A stretch of DNA of 64,000 nt from an uncultured Gemmatimonadales bacterium (GCA_963798085.1 CAWCRS010000008.1:128001-192000), one strand, 5' to 3'; shown: positions 1 to 10,549, counted from the first letter of the stretch. Made by a program: numbers and translations. Notes: generated from the letters alone by a model not told the origin.

Positions 1-338
1 CCTCCTCGCTCGCGAAGGTGCGCTACGCGGCCTCGACTCGTCAGCGCAAGCTGAGCGGGCCGCCGGCCTGCGGCAAGTCGGGCAGTGCCGGATTACCGCG
101 GCTCCTTCAGACTTCGGCTAGCGGGGCCCCCCGGTTTCAGCGGTGCGACCGACGGCGCGATCGACAGGCGCTGGCAACCGGACGAATCTCAGCGGGATCG
201 AAGCGGGTGCAGCGAAAATCGCGCGGACCGCCCGAGCCCGCGAACAAAGGCATCCGTGACTGTGTAGATGCAGCCCGGAGCCGGACGGTCCCATGGGGCG
301 GGACGGTCCCGCAACCGCAAGGCAACACGGAGGCAAAG

Positions 339-1880
339 GTGAGTTCATTGACACGCAAGGCATTGACGGCCGGGGGCTTCGTGGTGTCCGTGCTCGTGGC
401 GGCCACCGGCATTGAGTCGATCCGGCAGGCCCACGCGGAACCCGCGACGGCCGTTCCGCAGCAGGTGGCCCAGGCAACGAGCAGCACGAAGAGCCCGCCG
501 GCGACATTCAATGTCGCCGATGCGCTGAGCAAGGCTTTCAGGGATGCGGCGCACACGGCGCTGCCGGCAGTGGTCTCCATCGAGATCAGCGGCCAGCAGC
601 TGGTCTCGGACCAGAATGGCTCGCCGTTCCGCGGCTTTCCTTTCTTCGATAACACGCCTCGCCGCGGCCAGCAGCCGGAAACGCAGCAGGTGCACGGCTA
701 CGGCTCGGGTTTCGTGTTCCGGCCCAATGGCTACATCATGACGAACAATCACGTGGTGGAGGATGCCAGCCGCGTGACGGTGCGCTTTTCGGATGGCCGC
801 GAGATGGCGGCGCGGGTCGTCGGGCGCGATCCCGACACGGATATCGCGGTGGTGAAGGTCGATGCGTCCGGTCTGCCAGTCCTCGATTACGGCAACTCGG
901 ATGCGACGGATGTCGGCGACTGGGTCGTGGCGCTCGGCTTCCCGCTGACCCTGCGCAATTCCGCTACGGTCACGGCCGGCATCATCAGCGCCAAGGGTCG
1001 CAGCCTCGGCATTCTGCGACAGAACAACGACCAGGCGCTCGAGCACGACATCCAGACCGACGCGGCGATCAACAAGGGCAATTCCGGCGGACCGCTGGTC
1101 GATCTGAACGGTCACGTGATCGGAGTGAACGCCGTGATCGAGAGCCCGACGGGCTACTTCAGCGGCTACGGCTTCGCCATTCCGGTCAACATCGCGCGCC
1201 GCGTCGCCAATGACCTGATCAAGTACGGCGAGCCGCATCGCGCCCGCCTCGGCGTTCAGGTCAAGGACCTGAACGATGCGGACAAGGAGGCGACCCACGC
1301 GCCCAGCCTGGACGGCGCGCTCGTGAGCGAAGTGCAGCCGGGTACGGCGGCGGACAAGGCCGGCGTGCAGCTGGGTGACGTGATCGTGTCCATTGATGGC
1401 ACGCCGATCCACGACGGTGGCGAGCTGACCGAGATGCTGCAGCAGAAGTTCGAGCCCGGCCAGAAGGCGAAGCTGGATCTGTATCGCAGCGGCCGGCGCA
1501 TGACGGTCAATGTCACCCTGGGCGCCTTCGCGTCGACCATCAGGAAGGAGCGCACGGCAAGCGGACCGACACGCGAGCACGGTGTCTCCCGACTCGGCTT
1601 CTCCGCGTCCGACATCACACCGCAGCTCGCGCGCAGCATGGAACTGGGCGACGCGCCACGCAAAGGCGTGGTGATCACGGACGTCGATCCCAACAGCAGC
1701 GCGAGCCAGTATCTGGCCGAGGGCTGGATCATCGATCAGTTCAACGGCAAGGCGATCACCTCGGTGGACGACCTGGATCACGCCACCGCCTCCGTGAAGC
1801 AGGGCGATGTCGTGTCTCTGATCGTGCGCCTGCCGCCCGACTGGCAGCGCACCGTCGTGAACTATCGCGTTCGGCAGTAA
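339..1880 (+). CDS. htrA: Do/HtrA (DegP/DegQ) family serine protease with two PDZ domains
   Basis: TNNHVV (His), DIAVVK (Asp) and INKGNSGGP (Ser) triad motifs, followed by two PDZ-like segments (RLGV..., RLGF...). GTG at 339 follows GGAGG at 329-333 and precedes a signal/TM segment. The ORF-track start at 18 is probably too long. Confidence 0.93.
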   Translation: MSSLTRKALTAGGFVVSVLVAATGIESIRQAHAEPATAVPQQVAQATSSTKSPPATFNVADALSKAFRDAAHTALPAVVSIEISGQQLVSDQNGSPFRGFPFFDNTPRRGQQPETQQVHGYGSGFVFRPNGYIMTNNHVVEDASRVTVRFSDGREMAARVVGRDPDTDIAVVKVDASGLPVLDYGNSDATDVGDWVVALGFPLTLRNSATVTAGIISAKGRSLGILRQNNDQALEHDIQTDAAINKGNSGGPLVDLNGHVIGVNAVIESPTGYFSGYGFAIPVNIARRVANDLIKYGEPHRARLGVQVKDLNDADKEATHAPSLDGALVSEVQPGTAADKAGVQLGDVIVSIDGTPIHDGGELTEMLQQKFEPGQKAKLDLYRSGRRMTVNVTLGAFASTIRKERTASGPTREHGVSRLGFSASDITPQLARSMELGDAPRKGVVITDVDPNSSASQYLAEGWIIDQFNGKAITSVDDLDHATASVKQGDVVSLIVRLPPDWQRTVVNYRVRQ

Positions 1881-1928
1881 CCGCGCGGCGAGCGCGGAAC
1901 CGTTCGCGCGTCTCGCGCCGTTTGAATG

Positions 1929-1961
1929 GAGGCCCCGCCGCTGGCGGGGCCTCGTTGTTTT
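1929..1961 (+). terminator. Rho-independent terminator after htrA
   Basis: GAGGCCCCGCC-gct-GGCGGGGCCTC perfect stem followed by GTTGTTTT. Confidence 0.75.
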
Positions 1962-2088
1962 GCCGGCTACAACGCGAGTTGCAGGGCGGGCGCGCGCGGG
2001 AATTTCCCGACAGCGGGCCTCGCGATCGACTGCTGGAGCCCGGCGCAGGCACGTGCTAGGTTGAGGCGGACACGACAGGAGCCTGACG

Positions 2089-2547
2089 ATGGAAACAGTA
2101 AGGAACAGCAAGGTTGTGGTGCGTTGCCCGTTCTGCGGCAAGCTGAATCGAGTGGAGGCCGCGCGCGCGAAGGATCGCCCCACCTGCGGGGAGTGCACGA
2201 AGCCGCTGCTGCTGGACCGACCCATGATCCTGACGGACGCGGATCTCGACAAGGTCGTGCAGGAGTCCGAAATCCCCGTCGTCATCGATTTCTACGCGGA
2301 CTGGTGCGGGCCGTGCAAGGTCATGGCGCCGCTCTTCGATGAAGCGGCGCGCGAGCGGATGGGGCAGGTGCTCTTCACCAAACTCGACACCGACCGCAAT
2401 CCCGCCGCCTCCGTTCGCTTCGGCGTCCGCGGCATTCCCACGTTCATCATCTTCCGCGGCGGCAAGGAAGTCGCTCGTCAGGTGGGAGCGGTGCCCCGCC
2501 AGCAGTTCAGTCGCGTGCTGGACGAGGCGATCACACCGGGAGGCTGA
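2089..2547 (+). CDS. trxC: Thioredoxin 2 (Zn-finger thioredoxin)
   Basis: N-terminal CPFC...CGEC zinc knuckle, WCGPC active site, RGIPT cis-Pro motif; AGGAG RBS. Confidence 0.93.
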   Translation: METVRNSKVVVRCPFCGKLNRVEAARAKDRPTCGECTKPLLLDRPMILTDADLDKVVQESEIPVVIDFYADWCGPCKVMAPLFDEAARERMGQVLFTKLDTDRNPAASVRFGVRGIPTFIIFRGGKEVARQVGAVPRQQFSRVLDEAITPGG

Positions 2548-2574
2548 GTCCCGGAGCACGAGTCGGGGGTGTGC

Positions 2575-3093
2575 ATGGCGACGTCGGTGCAGACGCTACT
2601 GGACGAAGCGCTCGAGCTGTGGCAGTTCACGCGTGAGGGCGTGATCGCGGAAGCCGAGACGATTCCCGCGGACCAATACGACTGGCGGCCCGCACCGCGC
2701 TCGCGCAGCGTCAGCGAGCTGGTGCAGCACATTGCTTCGGCGGCGCTCATGGGCGTCGGCGAACTGACGCGGGCCGACGGCGATTTCCGGCGCGTGCCCT
2801 ATCCCGACCTGCTCGAGGAGTACGCGGGCTACGTCGATCGCATCACCGGCAGGGAGCCACTGCTCACGCTGCTGCGCGCATCGCACCAGCAGGGCGAAGA
2901 CCGGTTCCGCGGCGTGGGCGAGCTGTTCCTGCTGCAGGCCATTCACCGCTTCGACGGCAGAATGGGCACACGCCTGGCCTGGCTCTATCACCTGATCGAA
3001 CACGAGTCCTATCACCGCGGCCAGCTCGCGCTCTACGTGCGCCAGCTGGGCCTGGTGCCGGCACTGACGCGCGCCATTCTGGGCGAAACATAA
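2575..3093 (+). CDS. DinB/YfiT family metal-dependent protein
   Basis: RSVSELVQHI and HLIEHESYHRGQL His motifs typical of the DinB superfamily. Confidence 0.85.
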   Translation: MATSVQTLLDEALELWQFTREGVIAEAETIPADQYDWRPAPRSRSVSELVQHIASAALMGVGELTRADGDFRRVPYPDLLEEYAGYVDRITGREPLLTLLRASHQQGEDRFRGVGELFLLQAIHRFDGRMGTRLAWLYHLIEHESYHRGQLALYVRQLGLVPALTRAILGET

Positions 3094-3101
3094 CAAACGG
3101 T

Positions 3102-4672
3102 TTGGATTTGGCCGGGCGGGTGGCGCTGCGCGCTGCGCAGGGCGCAGCCACGTACCGCGAGCTGCGGCAGGCAGCGGCCCGCGTGCGTGCGGGCCTGCTC
3201 GCCGGGCGCAGTGATCTGCAGGAAGCGCGCGTCGCGTTTCTCGAGCCGCCCGGTCGTGAATGGCCGGCACTGCTGCACGGCATCTGGCAGGCGGGCGGTC
3301 TGGCCGTACCGCTCGCCGTCTCGCATCCGCCGCCCGAGCTTGACTACGTGTTAGGCGACGCCTCGCCCTCCGTGGTCGTCGCCCACCGCAGCCTTGCCGG
3401 GCGCGTCCAGCCGCTGGCGCACGCGCGCCGGATCCCGCTGCTGCTGAGCGACGAGCTGATGGCCGCGCCCGCGACTGGCGCCGCCTGGCCCGGCGCAGCC
3501 GACAATGCTTCGCCCGGCCCGCCTGACGCGGCGCCGCCGGATCCCCGGTGCGCGCCTGCGCGCCGCGCCCTCATGCTGTACACGTCCGGTACCACAGGCC
3601 GGCCCAAGGGCGTGGTGACCACGCACGGCAACATCCGCGCACAGGTGGAGACGCTGCTCGAAGCGTGGGGCTGGAGCGAACGCGATCACATCCTGCACGT
3701 ACTGCCGCTGCACCACGTGCACGGCATCATCAACGTGCTGTCCTGCGCGCTGGCGGCCGGTGCCTGTTGCGAATTCCTGCGCTTCGAGCCGGACGCGGTG
3801 TGGTCAGGCTGGCCTCGGGCGAGATCACGCTGTTCATGGCCGTGCCCACCATCTATCACCGTCTTATCGCCGCGTGGGACAGTGCGTCAGCCGAGCGGCA
3901 GCGGCAGTGGTCGGAAGGCGCGCGTCGCCTGCGACTCATGGTGTCCGGCTCGGCGGCGCTGCCGGTGCGCATCCTCGAGCGCTGGCGCGTGATCACCGGG
4001 CACACGCTGCTCGAACGCTACGGCATGACCGAGATCGGCATGGCGCTGTCCAACCCGCTGTCAGGCGAGCGGCGCGCGGGCACCGTCGGACAACCCCTGC
4101 CCGGCGTGGATCTCGCCTGGTGGACGAGCAGGGACGCGTGGCGCCGCCCGGTACCCCGGGTCAGATCGAGGTGCGGGGTCGCGCAGGTCTTCCTGGAGTA
4201 CTGGCAGCGGCCCGAAGCGACCCGCGCCGCGTTCCGTGACGGCTGGTTCCGCACCGGCGATGAGGCGGTACTGCAGGACGGCTACTACCGCATTCTCGGC
4301 CGCTCCAGCATGGACATCATCAAGTGCGCAGGGCATAAGCTGTCGGCGCTGGAAATCGAGGATGCACTGCGCGAGCATCCGGCCGTGCGCGACTGCGCCG
4401 TGGTCGGTCTGCCCGATGACGATCTGGGAGAGCGCGTGGCAGTCGCCGTCGTCACTAACAATGATGTTAATGCACGCACGGACGCAGCGACCGACGTCCC
4501 CGTCCTGGAAACGGAGGCGTTCCTGGCGTGGGCGCGGGCGCGGCTGGCACCGTACAAGGTGCCGCGCGCCGTGCGCGTCGTCGACGATCTGCCGCGCAAC
4601 GCCATGGGCAAGGTCACCAAGGAAGCCGTGAAGCGGCTGTTCCGGGAAGCGCCCGACGGCAGCGCTTCCTGA
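3102..4672 (+). CDS. Acyl-CoA synthetase, malonyl-CoA synthetase (MatB/ACSF3)-like; three apparent frameshifts (~3805, ~4113, ~4180)
   Basis: YTSGTTGRPKG, LPLHHVHG, ERYGMTEIG, GWFRTGD and PRNAMGKV motifs distributed over ORFs 3102-3992, 3548-4672 and 3760-4239 (RLVDEQG...GQIEVRG). Confidence 0.85.
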
Positions 4673-4687
4673 GCCGGGCCGACCCAC

Positions 4688-7111
4688 TCACTCCATGCGC
4701 AGTGCGACCATCGGATCCACGCGACTGGCGCGCCAGGCGGGCAGCGCCGCGGCGCCCGCGGCGATGAGCAGCAGGAACAGGGACACGCCCAGCAGCGTCC
4801 AGGGGTCGGCCGGATGCACGCCGAACAGCAATGTTCGCAGGTAGCGCGTGAGCACGAGGGCCAGCGCCAGGCCTGCCACGAGGCCGCCCGCGGCAAGCCG
4901 CAGTGCGTGTCCGAGCACCAGGCCCATGGCGTCTCCGGGGCGCGCGCCCAGGGCGGTGCGCAAACCGATCTCACGCGTGCGCAGTGTCGTCGCGTAGCTG
5001 ATGACGCCGTAGATGCCGACCGCGGCCAGCAGCAGCGCGACCAGCGAGAAGACGAGCAGGCTGAGCGACGAGAAGCGCGGCTCCGCCAGTGATTCCGCCA
5101 CCACGCGGTCCAGCAGCTTCACCTCATCGACGGGAATCGCGGGATCGAAGGCGTGCACGCGCGTGCGCACCGCATCCACCAGCGCCAGCGGGTCCGTGCG
5201 CGTGCGCAGCACCAGCGAGAGTGCCCGGGTCTGCGGACTCTGGTAGTAGGGCAGGTACATCACGGGTTCGGCGGCGCTGGAGAGCGCCTCCAGATGGACA
5301 TTGCCCACCACGCCCACCACCCGCCGCGGCACACCGAACACGATGCGGTGCGCAAGCGCATCGCGGCCGCTGAACGACAGCCGGGCCGCCGCCTCGTTGA
5401 TCACGATCACGGGCTCGCTGCCGGATACGTCGCCATCCTCGAAGCCCCGCCCTGTCACCACCGGTATGCCCATCGCCTCGAAATAACCCGGTGTTATGAA
5501 GCTGAAGTTGACGTGATTCGTGCCTTCGGCCGCCGGCGGATCGCCTTCGACCTCCAGCTCGGTACCCTGATAGTCCGTGGCCAGCGGCACGTCGAGCGAG
5601 AAGCCGGCCGCCTCCACGCCCGGCAGCTGGCGCACCTGCTCCTCGAGCTGACGGAAGGCCGCGAAGTGCTGCGCCGGCTGCGCGTACGTGCCACGCGGCA
5701 GCGTCACACGCATCGTGAGTCCATGCTGCGCGCGGAAGCCGGGATCAATGCCGCGTTGCGCGAGGAAACTGCGGAACAGCAGGCCAGCGCCCACGAGCAG
5801 CACGAGAGAGAGCGCGACTTCGGCAATGACCAGCCCGTCGCGCAGCCGGCTCTGCGCATCGCCACTGCCCGAGCGACCGCCCTGACGCAGCCACTGGCTC
5901 AGGTCCGGATGGAACGCGCGCAGCGCGGGCGCCAGGCCGAAGAGCAGACCCGTGACGACGGACAGCGCGATGGCATAGCCGATGACGGCGGGATCGATGC
6001 CCGTCTGATCGAGGCGGGGGATGTTGCCCGGCGCCAGACGGACCAGCGCCTTCGTCCCCAGCCACGCCAGCACCAACCCCATCACGCTGCCCAGCAGCGC
6101 CAGCAGCTGACTCTCCAGCAGCGCCTGCCGGATGAGCCGTGGTCGCCCCGCGCCCAGCGCTGCACGCACCGCGTACTCCTTCTGCCGTCCCGTCGCCCTC
6201 GCCAGCAGCAGATTCGCGACGTTGACGCACGCAATCAGCAGCACGAGACCCACCGCGGTGAGCAGCACGAGCAGCGCCGGTCGCACATTACCCAGTGCCA
6301 CGTCGCTCATGGAGACGACACGCGCGCTCCAGCCGGCGTTGCTCTCCGGATACTGCGCTGCGAGGTCGCGTGCGATGCCGCCCAGCTCGCTCGTCGCGCT
6401 CACCAGCGTGGCGTCCGCGCGCAGCCGCCCGACCACCGTCATGAAGTGCGACGAGCGCCCGAAGTCATCCATGTTGGCGGCGAAGGGATACCACAGCTGT
6501 GTGCTGCGCGGCAGCGTGTGTCCTTCGAGATCGATGGGCGGCGGGAAGTCGAAGTCCCGGCCCATGACGCCCACCACCTCGGTCGCCTGTCCATCGATCT
6601 GCACCGAGCGACCGACAATGTCGCGCGCACTGCCGAAGCGATTCTGCCAGAGTCGCCACGAGATCACGGCAACACGCGGCGCCCCCGGCCGATCGTCATC
6701 AGCCGTGAATGCGCGGCCCATCACAGGCGACACGCCCAGTGTCGTGAACAGGTTGCCGGTCACACGCGTGGCCGCCAGGCGCACCGCCTCCGGATCGCCC
6801 GCGAGCAGCACTTCCGCCGACGTGAAACCGGCGAGCTGCTCGAAGCTGCGACTGCGGTCGCGCCAGTCCACGTAGTTGGGCGGTGAGAGGAACATGGGTA
6901 TGTCCAGCGGGCGAGGCATGATCTCCCAGGTCACGGCGAGGCGCCCGGGATCGCGGAAAGGGAAGGGCCGCAGTAACACCGCGTTCACGACACTGAAGAT
7001 CGCACTGTTTGCACCTGTGCCCAGCGCCAGCGTCAGAACCACCACGACGGTGAATGCGGGAGACTTGCGCAGGGCTCGCCATGCGTAGCGGGTTTCACGC
7101 AGCAGGCTCAT
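4688..7111 (-). CDS. Duplicated MacB/FtsX ABC permease (ADOP family)
   Basis: Starts MSLLRETRYAWRALRKSPAF after GGAGG; LLIACVNVANLLLAR, REIGLRTALGA and C-terminal RASRVDPMVALRME motifs; no ATPase domain. Confidence 0.92.
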   Translation of the reverse strand: MSLLRETRYAWRALRKSPAFTVVVVLTLALGTGANSAIFSVVNAVLLRPFPFRDPGRLAVTWEIMPRPLDIPMFLSPPNYVDWRDRSRSFEQLAGFTSAEVLLAGDPEAVRLAATRVTGNLFTTLGVSPVMGRAFTADDDRPGAPRVAVISWRLWQNRFGSARDIVGRSVQIDGQATEVVGVMGRDFDFPPPIDLEGHTLPRSTQLWYPFAANMDDFGRSSHFMTVVGRLRADATLVSATSELGGIARDLAAQYPESNAGWSARVVSMSDVALGNVRPALLVLLTAVGLVLLIACVNVANLLLARATGRQKEYAVRAALGAGRPRLIRQALLESQLLALLGSVMGLVLAWLGTKALVRLAPGNIPRLDQTGIDPAVIGYAIALSVVTGLLFGLAPALRAFHPDLSQWLRQGGRSGSGDAQSRLRDGLVIAEVALSLVLLVGAGLLFRSFLAQRGIDPGFRAQHGLTMRVTLPRGTYAQPAQHFAAFRQLEEQVRQLPGVEAAGFSLDVPLATDYQGTELEVEGDPPAAEGTNHVNFSFITPGYFEAMGIPVVTGRGFEDGDVSGSEPVIVINEAAARLSFSGRDALAHRIVFGVPRRVVGVVGNVHLEALSSAAEPVMYLPYYQSPQTRALSLVLRTRTDPLALVDAVRTRVHAFDPAIPVDEVKLLDRVVAESLAEPRFSSLSLLVFSLVALLLAAVGIYGVISYATTLRTREIGLRTALGARPGDAMGLVLGHALRLAAGGLVAGLALALVLTRYLRTLLFGVHPADPWTLLGVSLFLLLIAAGAAALPAWRASRVDPMVALRME

Positions 7112-7327
7112 ACGACCTCCACGTCCATGGGATTGTGCAGGCAATGACAGGATGCGACGGTGCTGGATCGGGTCGCCATGAGAAACGCGGGCGACTCGCC
7201 CCATTTCGACGGTGGATCCGACCGGATGGTTGGGCGGCGTCCGCCACCGCCGAGCACTTCCTCGCCTTGCCTCGCCCCACGCGTGTCGCCATGATCGTCG
7301 CTCCTCACGAACGGAGTCTCGCCTTTC

Positions 7328-8104
7328 ATGCTGGCACCCGCACGCGTGCGCGTCGCCCTGTTCGCCACGTGCCTCGTCGATCAGTTCTTCGCGCCTGCGG
7401 CTCTGGCCGCGGCGAAGCTGCTGCACCGGCTGGGTTGCGTCGTCAGCGTGCCGCGCGCGCAGACGTGCTGCGGCCAGCCCGCGCTCAACGCGGGGTATCG
7501 CATCGAGGCGAGGCGCATGGCGAAGCACACGCTCGAGGTATTCGCCGGCACCGACTACGTCGTGCTGCCGTCCGGCAGCTGTGCCGCCATGCTGCGCCGT
7601 CATTACGTCGAGCTGTTCGCCGCCACGGGTCACGGCAACGACACGGCTGCAGGCGACGACGCGGCCTCGGCCGCCGCACTCGCCGGACGCACCTTCGAGC
7701 TGAGTGAATTCCTGGTGCGCGTGCTGCGTGTAACCAGCGTGGGCGAAGGGCTGCGCGGCCGGCGGGTCGCGTGGCATCCCGGCTGTCATGGACTGCGCGA
7801 CCTCGGTCTGTCGACGGAACCGCTCACGCTGCTGCGCAACGCAGGCGCCGAACTCGTGCCCTGGGAAGCCACCGAAGAGTGCTGCGGCTTCGGCGGGCTT
7901 TTTTCCGTGAAGCAGCCGGAGGTGTCGGCGGCCATGGCGGACCGCAAGCTGGAGACGCTCGCCTCTAACCGGCCATTACCAGACGTCCTTACATCCGCGG
8001 ACGCCGGCTGCCTGCTGCAGCTGGGCGGTCGCCTGAAGCGGCAGGGCTCGAGCCTGGCAGTGCGCCATGTGGCGGAGCTGCTGCTGGAGGCGGCCCATGG
8101 CTGA
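7328..8104 (+). CDS. lutA: Lactate utilisation protein A (CCG-domain Fe-S protein)
   Basis: LFATCLVD, QTCCGQPALNAG, SGSCAAM, HPGCH, ECCGFGGLFS and DAGCLLQ motifs. Confidence 0.9.
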   Translation: MLAPARVRVALFATCLVDQFFAPAALAAAKLLHRLGCVVSVPRAQTCCGQPALNAGYRIEARRMAKHTLEVFAGTDYVVLPSGSCAAMLRRHYVELFAATGHGNDTAAGDDAASAAALAGRTFELSEFLVRVLRVTSVGEGLRGRRVAWHPGCHGLRDLGLSTEPLTLLRNAGAELVPWEATEECCGFGGLFSVKQPEVSAAMADRKLETLASNRPLPDVLTSADAGCLLQLGGRLKRQGSSLAVRHVAELLLEAAHG

Positions 8105-10367
8105 GCTGGAGTACCGGCGCAATGCGGCGCGCATACTGGCCGAGCAGCCGGCGGTGCGCGCGTCGGTAACGGGCGCCACACTGCATTTCGACCGCAGTCG
8201 GGCCCGCGGCTACGGCGAGATCAATGCCGACGCCTGGCGGCGCTGGGCGGAGGCGGTGAAGAGCCACACGCTGACGCATCTCGATCGCTATCTGGATGAA
8301 GCGCAGCGCAACCTCGAGGCGCACGGCGTACAGGTGCACTGGGCGGCAACCGCCGCGGATGTGCACGACACGCTGCACAGCATCGTCGCCCGCAACGCGG
8401 TGAAGCGCGTGGTCAAGGGCAAGAGCATGCTGTCGGAAGAGCTGGGCGTGAACGAGATGCTCGAGGCAGCCGCCGTCGAGGTCTTCGAGACCGATCTGGG
8501 CGAGTACATCCTGCAGCTGCTGCACGAAACGCCCAGTCACATCCTCGGGCCGGCGATCCACCGCAGCCTGGACGAGATCCGGCAACTGTTCCACGAGCGC
8601 TTCGACACGCCCCTCGACGCATCGCCGGACGCACTCGCGGCCGCGGCCAGGCGAGTGCTGCGCCAGGCGTTCGTCACCGCGGACATGGGCATCACGGGCG
8701 GCAACTTCCTGGTGGCCGAAACCGGCACGCTGGCGCTCATCGAGAACGAGGGGAACATCCGTCTCTCGACATCCGCACCCCGCGTGCACGTCGCGCTGGT
8801 AGGCATCGAGAAGCTGCTGCCCCGCTGGAGCGATCTGGCGCCGTTCCTGCAGCTCACGGCACGCGCCGCCACCGGCCAGGGGGTGGGCACGTTCGTTTCG
8901 CTGATCCAGGGGCCGCGCAGGTTTGCGGCGGACGCAGCGGGCGCGTCCGCGGCTGACGAACAAGGTGTTAGCCGCGCCCGGGCGGGTGACGGGGCGGGAG
9001 AACCGGACGGGCCCGACCAGGTGCACGTCATCCTGGTGGACAACGGGCGCACCCGCGTGCTGGCGGATCCCGCAGCGTGGGAAGCGCTGCGCTGCGTGCG
9101 CTGCGGCGCCTGTCTCAACGTGTGTCCGGTGTACCGGCAGACGGGCGGGCACGCGTATGGCTGGGTCTATTCGGGCCCCATCGGCGCCATTCTGGATCCG
9201 GGCCTGCTGGGCCTCGAGGCGGCGGCGGAACTGCCGTTTGCCTCCACGCTGTGCGGCGCGTGCGCTGATGTCTGCCCCGTCCGCATCCCCATTCCCCGGC
9301 TGCTGCTCGAGTGGCGCGCGCGTGCGGTGGACGCGGGCCTGCGCCCGCCAGGCGAAAAGCGCATGATCGCGGCGTACGCGGCAGCCGCCACGCGACCCGC
9401 CTGGTTCCGCGCGGCCGGCACTGCGCTGCGTCTGCTGCCGGGACCGCTGCGCGCCGCACTGCCCGTGCTGCGTGACTGGAGCGGCGCGCGCGCTGTCCCC
9501 GAACCGTCGCCGGCTGCCTTCGGCACGCTCTGGAGACGGGAATCGCGAAAGGTGGCAGAAGAGCCCGCCGGCACCGTGGCTCGACCAGGGGCCGCGCCCG
9601 AGCCAACACCGCCGACCGTGACGGAAGACACCGGGCCGCGCCGGGCGTTCGCCGGCGGTCGGCTGACCCGCCCACCGCAGGGCGAGGACCGGGCAGCGGG
9701 CGCGGCTAACGCGGTGTCAGACCGGCACCGGGTGCCGGCCGCCGTCGCGGAAGCGCTGAGCGGCCGTACCCGCCTGGTGCACCCGGGTCTGCTCCAGGCT
9801 TCCAATGCGGTGGCCGCTCCGCCGGAGACGGCGGCGTCCACTGAGGGAGAGACAGGCGGAGCAGACGGCAACGACGTCGTCGCCTGGAATGCCGTGCAGG
9901 CATTCATGGAGCGCTTCCGCGCAAACGGCGGTGAAGCGGTGAGGTTCAGCGCTCTGCAGGAGGCACACGCCTGGCTGTGTGCGTTGTGCGCCGATTTCGC
10001 AAGCGCGTGCACGGGCGTGGGCGTGCCGGAAGAATTGTCGCCGGCGAGCTGCGGCCGGCCCGGTACACCGCCCGTGGAGGCTGAGCTGGGCGTCTCTCTG
10101 GCACGGCAGGCGGCCGCGGCCACGGGAACCGTGCTGCTGGACAGCCGCGAGGGCCGCCTGACACAACTGTTAGTGCCGACGCATCTCGTCTGGGTGCGGG
10201 AGGCGACCATTCGGGCCACGCTGGCGGAGGCGCTGGACGCCGTGCGCCACGACCTGCCTGCCGCCCTCGGACTGCACTCGGGCCCCAGCCGCTCCGCCGA
10301 CATCGGCCGGGTGCTGGTGACCGGTGTGCACGGGCCGGGCCGGGTGATCGCCGCCATCATTCCGTGA
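8097..10367 (+). CDS. lutB: LutB/LldF Fe-S protein continuing in frame into a LutC (LUD) domain
   Basis: ETDLGEYI, ENEGN, LRCVRCGACLNVCPVY and STLCGACADVCPVRI (LutB); C-terminal SGPSRSADI...GVHGPG (LutC). Start overlaps the end of lutA. Confidence 0.88.
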   Translation: MAELEYRRNAARILAEQPAVRASVTGATLHFDRSRARGYGEINADAWRRWAEAVKSHTLTHLDRYLDEAQRNLEAHGVQVHWAATAADVHDTLHSIVARNAVKRVVKGKSMLSEELGVNEMLEAAAVEVFETDLGEYILQLLHETPSHILGPAIHRSLDEIRQLFHERFDTPLDASPDALAAAARRVLRQAFVTADMGITGGNFLVAETGTLALIENEGNIRLSTSAPRVHVALVGIEKLLPRWSDLAPFLQLTARAATGQGVGTFVSLIQGPRRFAADAAGASAADEQGVSRARAGDGAGEPDGPDQVHVILVDNGRTRVLADPAAWEALRCVRCGACLNVCPVYRQTGGHAYGWVYSGPIGAILDPGLLGLEAAAELPFASTLCGACADVCPVRIPIPRLLLEWRARAVDAGLRPPGEKRMIAAYAAAATRPAWFRAAGTALRLLPGPLRAALPVLRDWSGARAVPEPSPAAFGTLWRRESRKVAEEPAGTVARPGAAPEPTPPTVTEDTGPRRAFAGGRLTRPPQGEDRAAGAANAVSDRHRVPAAVAEALSGRTRLVHPGLLQASNAVAAPPETAASTEGETGGADGNDVVAWNAVQAFMERFRANGGEAVRFSALQEAHAWLCALCADFASACTGVGVPEELSPASCGRPGTPPVEAELGVSLARQAAAATGTVLLDSREGRLTQLLVPTHLVWVREATIRATLAEALDAVRHDLPAALGLHSGPSRSADIGRVLVTGVHGPGRVIAAIIP

Positions 10368-10387
10368 GCTGCGGCCACCCGGATCAC

Positions 10388-10549
10388 TCATTCGGGCCGC
10401 GCCCGCAGACGTCCCGCTTCGACCAGCGCCTGGCGCAGCAGGAACTCGATCTGCGCGTTCAGACTGCGCAGATCATCGGCCGCCCAGCGCTCCAGCGCCT
10501 CGTGGACTCCGGCATCGATCCGCAGCAGGAACGGTTTGCGCTCGGCCAA
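10388..10549 (-). CDS. Small Arc/ribbon-helix-helix DNA-binding protein (53 aa), absent from the ORF track
   Basis: Manual translation from TTG: MAERKPFLLRIDAGVHEALERWAADDLRSLNAQIEFLLRQALVEAGRLRARPE. FLLRID strand plus RSLNAQI helix pattern; GGAG RBS; 13 bp downstream of the SPFH gene. Confidence 0.85.
   Translation of the reverse strand: MAERKPFLLRIDAGVHEALERWAADDLRSLNAQIEFLLRQALVEAGRLRARPE

Noticed and set aside
242..270. ECF sigma promoter upstream of htrA (GAAC-N16-GTGTA)
   Set aside because: Plausible but too weak a match to call without TSS data.
345..2285. Long antisense ORFs (also 5153-6886, 33322-35568, 48922-51252, 54285-55883 and others)
   Set aside because: They mirror well-supported genes on the other strand, lack family motifs, and are expected in high-GC DNA with few stop codons.
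9887..9904. GAATG and CATTC inside the LutC region as further frameshift errors
   Set aside because: Deleting a base from the GAATG gives an upstream frame with a stop and no start. The present frame reads well through both sites.
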